IMG/VR virus record: IMGVR_UViG_3300037462_000184
Span: 1-59,738 of that record
Origin: a virus
Taxonomy: Duplodnaviria > Caudoviricetes
Length of the DNA: 59,738 nt
Strand: one strand, 5' to 3'
Below the pieces are notes generated by a model, which had not been told where the DNA came from, did no database searches, and was given only the letters and a program-made list of their open reading frames with translations. Each line of letters opens with the position of its first letter. Position 1 is the stretch's first letter. Below are positions 28,050 through 38,759 of this stretch, one piece after another. Position numbers and translations under genes: made by a program.

Positions 28050-29659
28050 TGCTCGTCCTCCGCGCCGCCACCGAACGGCGGAGCGCCACCGCCGCCGTCG
28101 TTGCCGCCGCCGAAGCCGCCGCCCGGATCCCCGAAGCCGCCGCCCATGGCGCTATTCGGGTCGATCTTGGCGGCCTTCACGACCATGGAAGCGAGCAGCT
28201 TGGCCGCCGCTTCGTCGAGCTTCATTTCGTGTTGCAGGATATGGGTCAAGGCGGATTCATCCTGCCCCAGCTCCTTCATCTGAACCAGCGTGCCCACCAG
28301 AATCTGCCCGGTGTTCATCGCGTTCATGCGCGTGTCTTGGCGCTCACGCTCAAGGGCGGAAATCGCCCCGTAGTAGTTCACTCGCCACGGCTTTTCATTG
28401 GGCGCGAACGAGATGTTTTTCTTCTGGATCAGGTGAATGTTGATCACATGATCGAAGAACGCGGTCAGGGCCACGCGCAGGATGCGCGAGCGCTCGGCAG
28501 CCTGAGCGCTCATCCGGAAGAACCCGCCCTCACCGAGCCCGCCCGAGAGCTGATCGGCGAAGCCCAGCATGGACAGGTCGATACCCAGCGAGCCGGAGAG
28601 CAGCTTGGCATGGAACAGCACGTCCTCGACGGTGTAACTCGTCGCCTTGCCACCGCTGGCGCCGCCATTGCTACCCATGATGTTGACGAGCTGCTTTTCT
28701 TGGAACATGGGGATCAGGTGCCGGATGCGCCCCAGAACCGGCTTTCCCTCTTGCGCCGCCTTCTCCGCGTACTCTTTCGATCGCTTGAGCAGGGTCGCCA
28801 GCGAGTTCATGAACGTCTCTTGCTGATCTGCGGTCGCGCCGTCCAGATTGACCCCAAGCAGCGTCTCGTCGATCGAGTCGAGCACCCGCATGCCCACCAG
28901 ACCGTTGAGCGCGCTGGCAAGATTCCAGTAGGGCTCTTCGGCGGATTGCAGGAATGAACCGCCCACCAGCGCAGGCAGCACCGGCAGCTCGTCGATATCG
29001 TCGATGTGCAGGGCGGTGCGGATGGCCTTGTCGATGATGCGCTGCTGCGGCGTGTACAGCAGGCGAGGCATGCGCATGCGGGCCATCTGCGTGACGTTCA
29101 GGCGCTCTTGGTAGCGCCCGCCCGTGGACACCACGAAACCTACGGTCTTGTCGCCCTTCTGGTATGGCTGAACCAGCGGCGGCAGCACCATCTCGTCCGT
29201 GAGCATGCCGGTGACGCCCACGTTCGGCGCGCTGTACACGCGCGCATAGGAATCGCCATAGGCGGCGCCGTTGAACGCAACCGGGAACGCGGCCTCATTG
29301 AACAGGGGCGACAGGTCTGCGCTGATTTCCTCGACGAGCTTCTTTTTCGCCGCGTCCTTTGCGAACTTCGGGTCTACCTCGATGAACACCAGATCGCCGC
29401 TTGTCTCGTGGCCGCCCAGCGCGGACGTGACGTGCAGGCGAAGTGCAGTCGAGATGATCGGATCGCCGAGCATGAACTGCCAGTCGGCGTAAATGTCCTC
29501 GCGCTGGCGCGCGGATCGCTTGCCGCGACCGAGCAGGAACTGCATCGATACCGGGTCAGCGATGATGTCATGGTCGATCTCGTGAATGTCGTTCGGAGAG
29601 ATGTTGAACAGCGCTCGGAACGCGCGAGTCAACCGGTTCGGCTTGGGGACTTGTCGCAT
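28046..29659 (-). CDS. Portal protein (P1 Prt-like)
   Basis: 537 aa; LGIDLSMLGFADQLSGGLGEGGFFRMSAQAA motif recalled from P1-like portals. Confidence 0.8.
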   Translation of the reverse strand: MRQVPKPNRLTRAFRALFNISPNDIHEIDHDIIADPVSMQFLLGRGKRSARQREDIYADWQFMLGDPIISTALRLHVTSALGGHETSGDLVFIEVDPKFAKDAAKKKLVEEISADLSPLFNEAAFPVAFNGAAYGDSYARVYSAPNVGVTGMLTDEMVLPPLVQPYQKGDKTVGFVVSTGGRYQERLNVTQMARMRMPRLLYTPQQRIIDKAIRTALHIDDIDELPVLPALVGGSFLQSAEEPYWNLASALNGLVGMRVLDSIDETLLGVNLDGATADQQETFMNSLATLLKRSKEYAEKAAQEGKPVLGRIRHLIPMFQEKQLVNIMGSNGGASGGKATSYTVEDVLFHAKLLSGSLGIDLSMLGFADQLSGGLGEGGFFRMSAQAAERSRILRVALTAFFDHVINIHLIQKKNISFAPNEKPWRVNYYGAISALERERQDTRMNAMNTGQILVGTLVQMKELGQDESALTHILQHEMKLDEAAAKLLASMVVKAAKIDPNSAMGGGFGDPGGGFGGGNDGGGGAPPFGGGAEDEQ

Positions 29660-29795
29660 GGGCGGCCTTTCGGATTGCCTAGTGTCCGCCGCGATTCGTC
29701 AAGGCCCGGCAGCCTTTACCCGCGCAAAAAAATGCCCGGCCAGAGCCGGGCAAAGTCTTGCACCATGGACCGCCCGCAGGTTGCACCCATGCGAC

Positions 29796-30107
29796 CTACG
29801 AGCAGCCGTCAGTTTCCTGCTGCGCATACCGGTCGGCACGCTGGTTTCCCGATTCGGTCAGGCGCCACTCGACGCACAGGGGGTGAACCTTGCGCGATTC
29901 AGCGAAGCCGCGCCGCTTCATGTCGAGCAGGGCCACGTACACGCGGTTGTTCTCTTTGCGGCGCGGCGCCACGCCGCCAACCCGCCCAAGAACGTCGGAA
30001 GTTGAAACCCAGCTACCGGCGGCCCGCAGGGCGCGGTAGATCAAAGAACGGCGGATGATTGCCACAGCGGGGGATGTTCGTCGCGCCCGGTGCGGGCGCT
30101 GCTGCAA
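29796..30107 (-). CDS. Small basic winged-helix-like protein (start uncertain)
   Basis: LIYRALRAAGSWVSTSDV...VYVALLDMKRRG...WRLTESG pattern. Confidence 0.4.
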   Translation of the reverse strand: MQQRPHRARRTSPAVAIIRRSLIYRALRAAGSWVSTSDVLGRVGGVAPRRKENNRVYVALLDMKRRGFAESRKVHPLCVEWRLTESGNQRADRYAQQETDGCS

Positions 30108-30186
30108 CGATCATGATGCGAGCCGGGGCCAGATTTGGCGCGGTTTTCCGGGGGAAAGCGCTCCGAAAACCGCGCCAGCAGCCAAT

Positions 30187-30651
30187 CTATCGCGGCTCAG
30201 GCGGGCGCGACTGTAGGCGCATCTGCATGTCCGGGTCAGACAATTGCAGCACTCGCCCGCCTTCAGCGTCGAGCACGAAATGCGCCGTCCGGTTGATGTA
30301 GTTCTCGAAATAGAACTCGCGGAACAGGTCGCAGGCGGTCAGGGTGCGCCCCGGATCCACGTTACCGGCGGCATCGCGAACGCTGAACTCGTCGGCGAGT
30401 TGGTCATCCATGGCCGGGCCGTAGTCGAAGCCGGCCGAGCGCATGACGCGCTTGAACGCGTACCAGTAGGGGCCGTAGGCAACGTATTCGTCCAGATGAC
30501 CCATCAGGCGCGCGTGCATCGCGGGCGGAGCCACGTCCATCAGCTCCACCTCGCGCGCGGCACACCGCTTGATGAACTTCTGATACCGGGACTCCACCTC
30601 GTTGCGGTCCACGGCCAGCACGCTTTGCTCCATGACTTCAGCCTCGTTCAC
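30187..30651 (-). CDS. Ulx-like protein
   Basis: 154 aa, overlapping the end of the darB-like gene, same arrangement as P1 darB-ulx. Confidence 0.5.
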   Translation of the reverse strand: MNEAEVMEQSVLAVDRNEVESRYQKFIKRCAAREVELMDVAPPAMHARLMGHLDEYVAYGPYWYAFKRVMRSAGFDYGPAMDDQLADEFSVRDAAGNVDPGRTLTACDLFREFYFENYINRTAHFVLDAEGGRVLQLSDPDMQMRLQSRPPEPR

Positions 30652-33600
30652 TTGGGCGCCTCCACCTTGATCTTGCGCATCTTCTCGATCAGAGCCTCGT
30701 CGTTCACCAGCGCCTCATAGGCCGCCAGCGGAATGATCCAGCCTACACGATCACCGTTCCACGCGTAACCCCCGTGAATCGCACCCTTGGCCTTGATCGT
30801 GTCCTTGAGGGTGTACGTCGCGCTCGCAAACTTGTTCGTCGAAACGGTGCGGTCCTTGATGAACACGGCGGCATCGGCGCGCAGCTTGCCGGATGAGTAT
30901 GGCCCGGCCACGGCGCGCGCCTCGTCGATCAGTTGCAGTGCGGAGATGTTGCCGGCAGCCTCTGCGGGCGACGGCGGAAGCACCGGCTTTTGCCCCTGAT
31001 CCACCTTGACGCGGGACAGGGCGACGCGCTCCGCCTCGTACCCCACGAACGAACCGAAGTAGTGCGGGCTTGCGGACTTCACGCCGGCCAGATCGAAGAA
31101 CGGGCACAACTCCACGGCGCGGCGCTCAAGCCACGCCAGCGCCTCATCCTTCGTCGTGAACTCCATGCCCCCCAGCTCGCCCACGACAGACAGGCAGGCA
31201 GTACGCGCCCGCCTCGTGATCGCATCGCGCAGGGTGCGGGCCATCGGCTGAGTGCTCAGGAACTCAGCCGCCGTGAACTGGTAGCTCTCAGCGTCAGCGC
31301 GCGCCATCAGCTCCGCAATCAGATCCTCGGTGTACCGATCCTCGTCGCCGCTCAGGTCAACCCCGACGAGCGCACCGCCGGCCTTGGCCGCCATGTAGCG
31401 CTGCCCCCAACCACCACTCACCTCGACCGACTCGACCACCTGTTGCTGCTCTTCCGCCAGCCGCGCGATCAGGCCGCTCATGGGCAGCTCACTGATGATG
31501 CGAGAGAAATACGGCGCCGGCAGCTTGATTGCGCGCAGACGGTATGCGGTGCGGGGCTTCACGGTCAGGTACTTCGCCGCCGCCGGCAGAGCGTCAGTCA
31601 GTAGATCAATGCCTTCGCCCTTGCCGACGAACCCGCCGGCCAGAACCGCATCATCGATCGCCGCAACGCGCCGTAGCGCCTGCTCGTAGTCGGCATCCGT
31701 CGGATCAATGACCCGATCGATCTGCGACAGGTTTGCACTGCTCAGCAAGCGGAACTCTGGCGCCGCCTTGGCGCCTTCGGCCCGCTGGATGTACAGCCCG
31801 GTTTTGACTCCGATAACGCCCAGCACCCGGCCGCCGCCGATTTCGACTACTTGCCCGGTCCGGTACACCCGATCGCCGATGCGCTGCGCGTTGCCAGTCG
31901 CCAGATCGTCGATCATGTCCGCGTGCATCGCGCCGTCGGCTTCCTTGGCCGCGTCCTTGAATGAGCGAATAGACTCCTGAACCATGTTCGCGGCCGTATC
32001 CACGTCCGCGACGGCATCCGTGTGGATCTCCGAGCCCTCTTGTACGGACGTGGCTCGCATGCTGAGCGGAAGCGAGCCTACAAACTTCTCGGCGTCGCGG
32101 TGCTTCATGCGCTGGTAGCCCTTGGCGAATGCCTCGCGCTTCAAATACTCGATCGCGGACATGCGAGTTTCCTGAGTCTGCTGGCTTCGCCCGCCCACGT
32201 AAACCCACTCACCCGGCACGGCCACTTGACCACCGAAAGCGTTGTCAAGCAGCCGCCCGACCTTGGCAAGCGCCTGCTCGGCCGTCGCGATCTTGGCCTT
32301 GAGCCGCGCGGTCTTGTTCGACTTCGCATCCTCTTCGGTGCCGTTGGTCAGAATGCGATTGAGCCGTGCCTGATCGTCGGCCAGCGTGCGTGTCAGGTCA
32401 AAGCCGCGCGCCCACAAGTCCCTGACGCGCTTGTCGAGAATCGGCGAGATGCCTTCATTCGCGACCTTGGATTGCGCCTCGACGGTCGCCCAATGAATGA
32501 GCTGTTTGGCGCGCGCGTCTGCGGCCCGGCGCTCCTGCTCGCGAGCCTCGCGCATGGCATTGATGCGATCCATGGCCGTTGCGTCGCCAACGCACTCGAT
32601 CAGGTTGTCCGCATCCTCTGCGCTGAGCTGGCCGCCGATCAGCACTGAGTCAGCGCTGTCGCTCTTCATGACCGCGCCGATCCAGTCTGCTTTCTTGCCC
32701 ACTAGATGCCGCTTGTACTGATCGAACGTGCCGTCGGCGTCGTAGTGATAGACGCGCACCGTCGTCGTGCGGTTGCCCTGCCGGACCCCGCGCCCGTTAC
32801 GCTGGTGGATGCTGTCAGGCGTCCAGCCAATCGTCAGATGGTGAATGGCCTGCGTGCCCTTCTGAAAATTGGCTCCGACTTCGGCCTTTTCGTTCGCGAC
32901 GATCACCTCGATCTTGTTCTCGTCGCCCTCGGCGTTGAAGTCGTCTTGGAAGCGCTGCATCTGCTCTGCGTCGCGACCCGTCGAGCCGTTGACAATGGCG
33001 ATCTTGCTCGTCGAGACGCCGCAGTGCTTGGCGATCAGGCGCTTGACCTTGTGTTGCAGCCCCAGCAGATCGACGAACACGAGTTGCTTCACCAGCTTGC
33101 GGCGGCGGCGCTCGTAGGTGCCATCGGGCAGCGGCACCTCTTCGTATCCGGGGTTCGCGCGCTCCATCTTGAAGTTCTCAATGAACGCGGCGAGCTTCGG
33201 CCCCATGCTCACGTCGAGGGACGCCTTTGACTTCTCGGCGATCTGCTCAAACACTTCAACGCTGTCAAAGTCGGTCGTGTCGATCAGGATGCGTCCGCCC
33301 TTGATCTGGGCTTTGACGTGCACCTCCCACGTCTCCCACTGCTCGCCCGTCTCCGCGTCTTTCTTGACGTTGCGCTTGATGATCTCGGCGTCCGTCGAGA
33401 GTTGAGTGTGCCGCGCGGGGCGATCTTCCTTGACCTTCTTAGCATTGAAGGCGTCCACCAGCTCTTGAGCGTCGGACTCCTGCCCCGGAGTGATCGAGTA
33501 GGCGGTGTATCCCTTGCCGTAGTCTCGATCTGCGACCAGCCCGCTCATTTTCTTGATCAGGTTGAACGGGTGCCCAATCAGATCGACGGGCTCATTGGTG

Positions 33601-36600
33601 AGCGCTTTGACCTCTTCAAGCGCGGCCTGACCGCCGGGCTTGATCATGTTGTCCTTGCCAAGATTGATGCACTTGGCCGTGTGATAGGCCAGCTTGAACA
33701 GGTTCAGGTCGGCAACCGTATCGTCGTCGAGCGTCACGCGCGTAGGCGACTCTTCGGGCTCCGGCAGCTTCAGGTTCGCCTCGTCGGCGCTCATGACCGT
33801 GTACGTGCTGTGCAGCACGGTGCGCAGCACGCCCAGATTGTCCAAGCCCTCGAAGATGCGACGCGGGCGCTCGGACAGGCTGCGCTCGCCGATCATGTCC
33901 GGATCCTCGCGCTGCTCAATGCGGCACATGGCCTCAAGGAACTCGGTCATGCCTGTGATACCACCCATGGCCGCGTTCACATGGTCATCGCCGTTCGCAA
34001 GCGAGAGCATGGTGAAGATTTCGGCCGGGCTGTTCGTGATCGGGGTTGCGGTCAGGGGCAGCACGCCGTCCTTGAACGGGGTGTTGCCGCGCAGCCACCA
34101 GCATTTCATGAGCGCGTCCATGCCGAGCGCGGAAGGGTCGGCCAGACTCAGGAACTTGGCGGACTTGAACCCGATCGGCTTGCGGGCGTTCTTGTAGACG
34201 TGGGCCTCATCGAGCACGACAGAATCGACGCCCAGCGTCTCGAAGTACGGGGCGGCGTTGGACTTGTCCGCTTTCTTGCGAATGTCAACGAGGTAAGCTT
34301 GGAGCTTCTGGAAATCGCCCTCGCTTCGCGGCGATGCCCCAAGATCGGTGCGCACGAAGTCGCGCAGGTATGCCTCGATCGTCTCAGGCTTGACCTTCAG
34401 GCGCTGGAACGCCTGATGCGTCATGAACACCTTGCGATACTTGCCGGACAGGATGGCGTTCAGGTCTTCGTCGAACTTGCCGGGGTCCACCGTGGGCTGC
34501 CCGGCCTTATCGAACCGCAGGCCCACAAACAGGCAGTCGTCGATCGACTGATAGGTTTCCGCAGCTTCCTTTCGCCAGTTGCCGAGCACTGAACCCGGCA
34601 CGGCGAAGATCGTGCACCGCTTGGCGCCGATGTTATGGACGTGCTGCACCGAAGCGAGCGCCGTGAAGGTCTTTCCCAAGCCCACGTCGAAGGCGTTGCC
34701 CCCGTTGAACCGGCGGGCCATCTTGCGCGCGAAGGCGCCTTGATACGGGTGCAGGGTGCGGCCGGTGTCCGTGCGCAGGCCCGGCACGTTCAGACCGTAC
34801 TCCACCGTCGGATCGCGGAAGAACAGCGCCTCGGGGCGGCTGAATCGCGCCTCGATCGCGCCGATCAGCGACGGGCTGGCCTTCACAAAGGAATCGAACT
34901 GCGCCTTGGCAGTGCGCTCCATGTCCATCAGGCGCTTGAACGCCTCTTCGTTGCTCATATCCAGCTTGGACGAGAGCAGGGAGATCGAGCCGCGACCCGA
35001 TCGGTTCTCGCTGTTGTCGCCGGAGAGGTAGAAGGCGAACCGGTTGAACAGCTTTTCCTCGTCGGTGTCGGTCCGTCCGCCCCAGATGATCCGCTTCTCG
35101 CCGTCATCGCCGAAGCCCAGCGTGTAGAACGGCGAGACGAAGCGCTGCATGAACGCAACCTTGTCCTCGATGCTCACGTAGGGCGTGAACAGGTCGAACT
35201 TCATGCGGCGCACGTTGACGCGCATGACGCGCGACTCGGCATCGGCCATGCACTGCGCGAACTTGGCCGCCAGCTCAGGCGTTGCGGCGGCGCCGGCCAT
35301 GGCCTTCAGCCGGGCAAGCACCTCGCCATAGTTGCCGGTGTAGAAGTCGTCGGCGTGCAAAACGCCCGTGCCATCGGCGTTCGGGATCCAGTCGGGGTCA
35401 TTGATGCTGAACCGATCGCCAAGCGCCTCGCGCACGCCATCGATCGCCACGAACCCATCAGCCATCGCAGACGCGGCGCCGCCGTAGCGGACTGCCTCGT
35501 AGACCTGATACGGGTTACGGTCGGCATCCACCTGAGCGGCTTCGCTGGCCTTGCCCGTCCAGAATGCCGAGTAGCCGGCCGCCGGGCTGTAGTGGAAGGT
35601 CAGCGTGCGCATGGCGCCGCGCACCTTGGCGCTGAGCTGCTTGGGCGGGTTCTTGCACAGGGAGTACACCGTCGCCATGGTCGAAGTCAGGCGCGGGAAC
35701 TCTTCGCTGTAGTTGCGCCCTGCTTCGTGGGTTCCGATCACTTCCTCGACGCTCAGGCCGGCGACGATCGGCAGCCAGCTTGCAGCGGCCTCAGTCTCGC
35801 CCATGGCCTGAAGCGGGCTGTACAGCGTGCGGACCCAGTTCGGGATCGTCGTCGCGGTGTTGTTGCCCTGAGAGACGCGCAGGCGCACGTAGTCCATAGC
35901 CGCCTGATAGGTCACACCGTCAAGCAGAGCGGTGTGCGGCGTCGCCAGAGACGGGCCGATCTTGACGATCTCAGCCTCGCGCGCAGCCTCGACAACATCG
36001 CGGCCGGCGGGCACCCATTCGCCGTCCTCGGTGTACTCCATCTGCTGACCGCCGATCATGCGCACGTCGCCCGGCAGAATCATGATCGGCTCGGTCGGCG
36101 TGGCTTCCAGCGCGGTGAAGTCGATCCGAGATCCGGGGAACTTGCGCAGCAGGCGCGCGATGTTGGGGATGCTGTCGTCGTTGACAACGCGGTCAACGTC
36201 GCGGAACTTGCTCGACTTCGCAACAAACTCGCCGAGCTGATACCGGCGGCCCTCGTCGGATTGGAAGTAGCGGCCGGTGATAAACGGCTCCCACAGCACG
36301 TTCGTCGTGCTGAGCGCATCCGGGTTCTGCTCCTGAACCTCGGCGATCTTCTGCGCCACTTCGGCGGAGTGCTTCTGGAACACCACTACGTCAGTGATCG
36401 TATCCGCCGCCGCCGCGCCGAATACCTTGTTCGGCAAGCGGTACGCACCCATGAACTCCGCCATCAGCGAGGCGCGGGTGCGAATCTTGTTCGCGAGCGC
36501 ACTGCCGCTGCCCGGCTTGCCGACGAACTGCGGGCTCACCACGAAGGCCGCCAAGCCGCCGGGTCGCAGCTTGCGCAGGCTGCGCAGGATGAAATAGGTT

Positions 36601-37427
36601 TCGAGGTCTTCCTTCTCGAACGCTGGATCGTCGGCCGCATTGGCGCCGCGCGCACTCACGTCGCCGAACGGCACGTTCGTGATGATGGCGTCGTAGGACT
36701 CGTCAGGCGTGGCAACGGCGACTTTCTCGAAGTTGCTGACCGTCACCGAGTTGCCGGGGCCATCGTTCACAAGCCGGTTGATCGCGCCGGATACCTCGTC
36801 CAGCTCCACGGCGTCAACAAGCGCGTTCTTGGGGGACGTGCCGCCAAAAATCCCGGTGCCAGCGCACGGGTCAAGCACCGCGCCACCACTGAACCCCATC
36901 TCGCCGAGCAGGCTCCACATGGCATCTGCAATGGGCTTCGGGGTGTAATACTCGTAGGCGCTGCCCACGCGTCCGTCGGCACGCTCAAGCCCGCCGCCCG
37001 AGCCGCTGTACTTCGCCAGAATCGCCTTCTCTGCGGGCGTCGCGACGCGGCCCTCTGCCTGAATCGTCCGTAGCAGCTCGACGGCCGCATTGTTGGCCTT
37101 CTGCCGCGCCCCCTTGGACTTGATTTCATCGAAGCTGTAGAACTCCGCCGTGGACTTCTTTCCTTCCACTGGGGGCGCTTCGTCGGAGCCCTCTGCCTCT
37201 GGCGCCGCTTCCGTGCTCAGGCCGGCGGCAATCCGCGCCTCGATCGCGAGCTTGTTGGCGGTAGCGACCGCCTGCGCGAGACGAACGCGATCGAGCGCCG
37301 GGGCGGATGCCGGCAGCTCGGCCAGCGCCTTGACCGCCTTTGCCAGATCGGTGCCGGCGCGTGCCGCTTTGATGAAAGCGCCGGGATCGCGCGGGACAGA
37401 CTGGGGGGCGAGCGTTTCAGGAGTCAT
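30648..37427 (-). CDS. darB: DarB-like anti-restriction protein: N6-adenine methyltransferase plus SF2/SNF2 helicase
   Basis: YYTP, LDPCAGTG and NVPF (MTase); DVGLGKT, DEAH, TATP and QRNGRGVRQGN (helicase); about 2260 aa. Confidence 0.88.
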   Translation of the reverse strand: MTPETLAPQSVPRDPGAFIKAARAGTDLAKAVKALAELPASAPALDRVRLAQAVATANKLAIEARIAAGLSTEAAPEAEGSDEAPPVEGKKSTAEFYSFDEIKSKGARQKANNAAVELLRTIQAEGRVATPAEKAILAKYSGSGGGLERADGRVGSAYEYYTPKPIADAMWSLLGEMGFSGGAVLDPCAGTGIFGGTSPKNALVDAVELDEVSGAINRLVNDGPGNSVTVSNFEKVAVATPDESYDAIITNVPFGDVSARGANAADDPAFEKEDLETYFILRSLRKLRPGGLAAFVVSPQFVGKPGSGSALANKIRTRASLMAEFMGAYRLPNKVFGAAAADTITDVVVFQKHSAEVAQKIAEVQEQNPDALSTTNVLWEPFITGRYFQSDEGRRYQLGEFVAKSSKFRDVDRVVNDDSIPNIARLLRKFPGSRIDFTALEATPTEPIMILPGDVRMIGGQQMEYTEDGEWVPAGRDVVEAAREAEIVKIGPSLATPHTALLDGVTYQAAMDYVRLRVSQGNNTATTIPNWVRTLYSPLQAMGETEAAASWLPIVAGLSVEEVIGTHEAGRNYSEEFPRLTSTMATVYSLCKNPPKQLSAKVRGAMRTLTFHYSPAAGYSAFWTGKASEAAQVDADRNPYQVYEAVRYGGAASAMADGFVAIDGVREALGDRFSINDPDWIPNADGTGVLHADDFYTGNYGEVLARLKAMAGAAATPELAAKFAQCMADAESRVMRVNVRRMKFDLFTPYVSIEDKVAFMQRFVSPFYTLGFGDDGEKRIIWGGRTDTDEEKLFNRFAFYLSGDNSENRSGRGSISLLSSKLDMSNEEAFKRLMDMERTAKAQFDSFVKASPSLIGAIEARFSRPEALFFRDPTVEYGLNVPGLRTDTGRTLHPYQGAFARKMARRFNGGNAFDVGLGKTFTALASVQHVHNIGAKRCTIFAVPGSVLGNWRKEAAETYQSIDDCLFVGLRFDKAGQPTVDPGKFDEDLNAILSGKYRKVFMTHQAFQRLKVKPETIEAYLRDFVRTDLGASPRSEGDFQKLQAYLVDIRKKADKSNAAPYFETLGVDSVVLDEAHVYKNARKPIGFKSAKFLSLADPSALGMDALMKCWWLRGNTPFKDGVLPLTATPITNSPAEIFTMLSLANGDDHVNAAMGGITGMTEFLEAMCRIEQREDPDMIGERSLSERPRRIFEGLDNLGVLRTVLHSTYTVMSADEANLKLPEPEESPTRVTLDDDTVADLNLFKLAYHTAKCINLGKDNMIKPGGQAALEEVKALTNEPVDLIGHPFNLIKKMSGLVADRDYGKGYTAYSITPGQESDAQELVDAFNAKKVKEDRPARHTQLSTDAEIIKRNVKKDAETGEQWETWEVHVKAQIKGGRILIDTTDFDSVEVFEQIAEKSKASLDVSMGPKLAAFIENFKMERANPGYEEVPLPDGTYERRRRKLVKQLVFVDLLGLQHKVKRLIAKHCGVSTSKIAIVNGSTGRDAEQMQRFQDDFNAEGDENKIEVIVANEKAEVGANFQKGTQAIHHLTIGWTPDSIHQRNGRGVRQGNRTTTVRVYHYDADGTFDQYKRHLVGKKADWIGAVMKSDSADSVLIGGQLSAEDADNLIECVGDATAMDRINAMREAREQERRAADARAKQLIHWATVEAQSKVANEGISPILDKRVRDLWARGFDLTRTLADDQARLNRILTNGTEEDAKSNKTARLKAKIATAEQALAKVGRLLDNAFGGQVAVPGEWVYVGGRSQQTQETRMSAIEYLKREAFAKGYQRMKHRDAEKFVGSLPLSMRATSVQEGSEIHTDAVADVDTAANMVQESIRSFKDAAKEADGAMHADMIDDLATGNAQRIGDRVYRTGQVVEIGGGRVLGVIGVKTGLYIQRAEGAKAAPEFRLLSSANLSQIDRVIDPTDADYEQALRRVAAIDDAVLAGGFVGKGEGIDLLTDALPAAAKYLTVKPRTAYRLRAIKLPAPYFSRIISELPMSGLIARLAEEQQQVVESVEVSGGWGQRYMAAKAGGALVGVDLSGDEDRYTEDLIAELMARADAESYQFTAAEFLSTQPMARTLRDAITRRARTACLSVVGELGGMEFTTKDEALAWLERRAVELCPFFDLAGVKSASPHYFGSFVGYEAERVALSRVKVDQGQKPVLPPSPAEAAGNISALQLIDEARAVAGPYSSGKLRADAAVFIKDRTVSTNKFASATYTLKDTIKAKGAIHGGYAWNGDRVGWIIPLAAYEALVNDEALIEKMRKIKVEAPK

Positions 37428-37640
37428 TTGTGCGCATGCGGCCGTGTGTTGCCGCCTGCGCACAGGATGCGGCAGCCTAGCGGGCCGCCGCGCCGGAATT
37501 ACCCGTTCAGAGCGCCAGCGATGCCCCGTCGATCACGCTCGCCTTTATCGATGCTCGCTTGCGCTCGCAGATTGAAGCATTGAGAAAGTCGTGATTTGCA
37601 CACGATTTCTGCTGCTAAGACGCTAAAGTCGCATTCGAGT

Positions 37641-38747
37641 TTACATATCTGTCTCGATGTAAAGAGACATAAGCGCCATGCCAATCACCGAGCTTGTGCC
37701 GCCAACGCTCATATACGCATAATGATTCAGAAGCGTTGTAGACGTTGGGATGTTGGTCGTTAGCTCTCCGGCTTCTACGGCGCTTGTATCCAAATCGGTC
37801 ACTTCATAGCGAATCGATGTGCCGTTTGGCGGGCAAAACAGAGCTAGCTCATAGACCTTCGCGCGGTCAGATGATGGCTTTGGGAAGCTCGTCCCCAGAG
37901 GGATCTTTGTGGCCACTCCCGAGCCATCGTTGCAAAAAATCTGAAGCTGGGTGTCGGCGGCGTCATACCCAACCCCGACGATGTTCGTCAGGGTTGAAGG
38001 GTCAACATCTGTCGGGGCCGCAGTCGACGATCGCATACCGCAGAACAATCGATGCGTCCCAGTTGCCACCCCCGTTGCTGGGCCGAAGCGGCAAACGAAC
38101 ATGAATCCGCCACGCCCCGGAGCGTTGCCCATGAAAAACTGCGTCGCAGCGCCTCGGAAGCCAGCTACGGCAGTCGCTGCGGCGGTCGTCACGAGGTAAT
38201 CGATCCGGCGAAGTGACTGATGCAAGTTGGTCGTTGCGACGTTCGCCGCCGTCGCTGTGCCCGCCGCTGTGATAGCCACGCCGAGCACGGAGACAGTTGT
38301 GCTATTTCCGTTGGGCTGCGCATAAGCGATCTTGTTTCGAGCTAGGAACGGTTGCAGCGATGAATCGAGCCCGGAAGGACCGACGAAGGCTGGAATGTTT
38401 CTCCCCGCTACGGATCGACCAAAAATCTTGACACCGTTGGCGGCCGGCGGCGTCGGCGTGGGAATCGCGCTCAAGCGAAGCTCGCCGCCTTCGATCGAGA
38501 CGTTCGCCGCGCCTGCAAAAGCACCGCCCAAGTTGTACTGAATCTGGCCATCCAAGCCACTAGGCGAACCACCTCCGCCGCCACCGGTGTCCAGTAGCGC
38601 CCACGAACCTGCGCCCGGAATCCACTCGACGAACGCTCCGGCCGCCGACGAGTATGCGATAGCAGGACCGCCCGGATTTGGCGAAGTCGCCCCGACGTTC
38701 GCAGTTATCGTCGGGAAGATTCGTAGCGATAGGTCTTTGATGGTCAC
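37641..38747 (-). CDS. Virion fibre/decoration protein, Gly/Thr-rich, visibly lower GC
   Basis: GGGGSPSGLDGQIQYN motif and beta-rich C-terminal domain. Confidence 0.6.
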   Translation of the reverse strand: MTIKDLSLRIFPTITANVGATSPNPGGPAIAYSSAAGAFVEWIPGAGSWALLDTGGGGGGSPSGLDGQIQYNLGGAFAGAANVSIEGGELRLSAIPTPTPPAANGVKIFGRSVAGRNIPAFVGPSGLDSSLQPFLARNKIAYAQPNGNSTTVSVLGVAITAAGTATAANVATTNLHQSLRRIDYLVTTAAATAVAGFRGAATQFFMGNAPGRGGFMFVCRFGPATGVATGTHRLFCGMRSSTAAPTDVDPSTLTNIVGVGYDAADTQLQIFCNDGSGVATKIPLGTSFPKPSSDRAKVYELALFCPPNGTSIRYEVTDLDTSAVEAGELTTNIPTSTTLLNHYAYMSVGGTSSVIGMALMSLYIETDM

Positions 38748-38759
38748 GCCCGACCCTTA

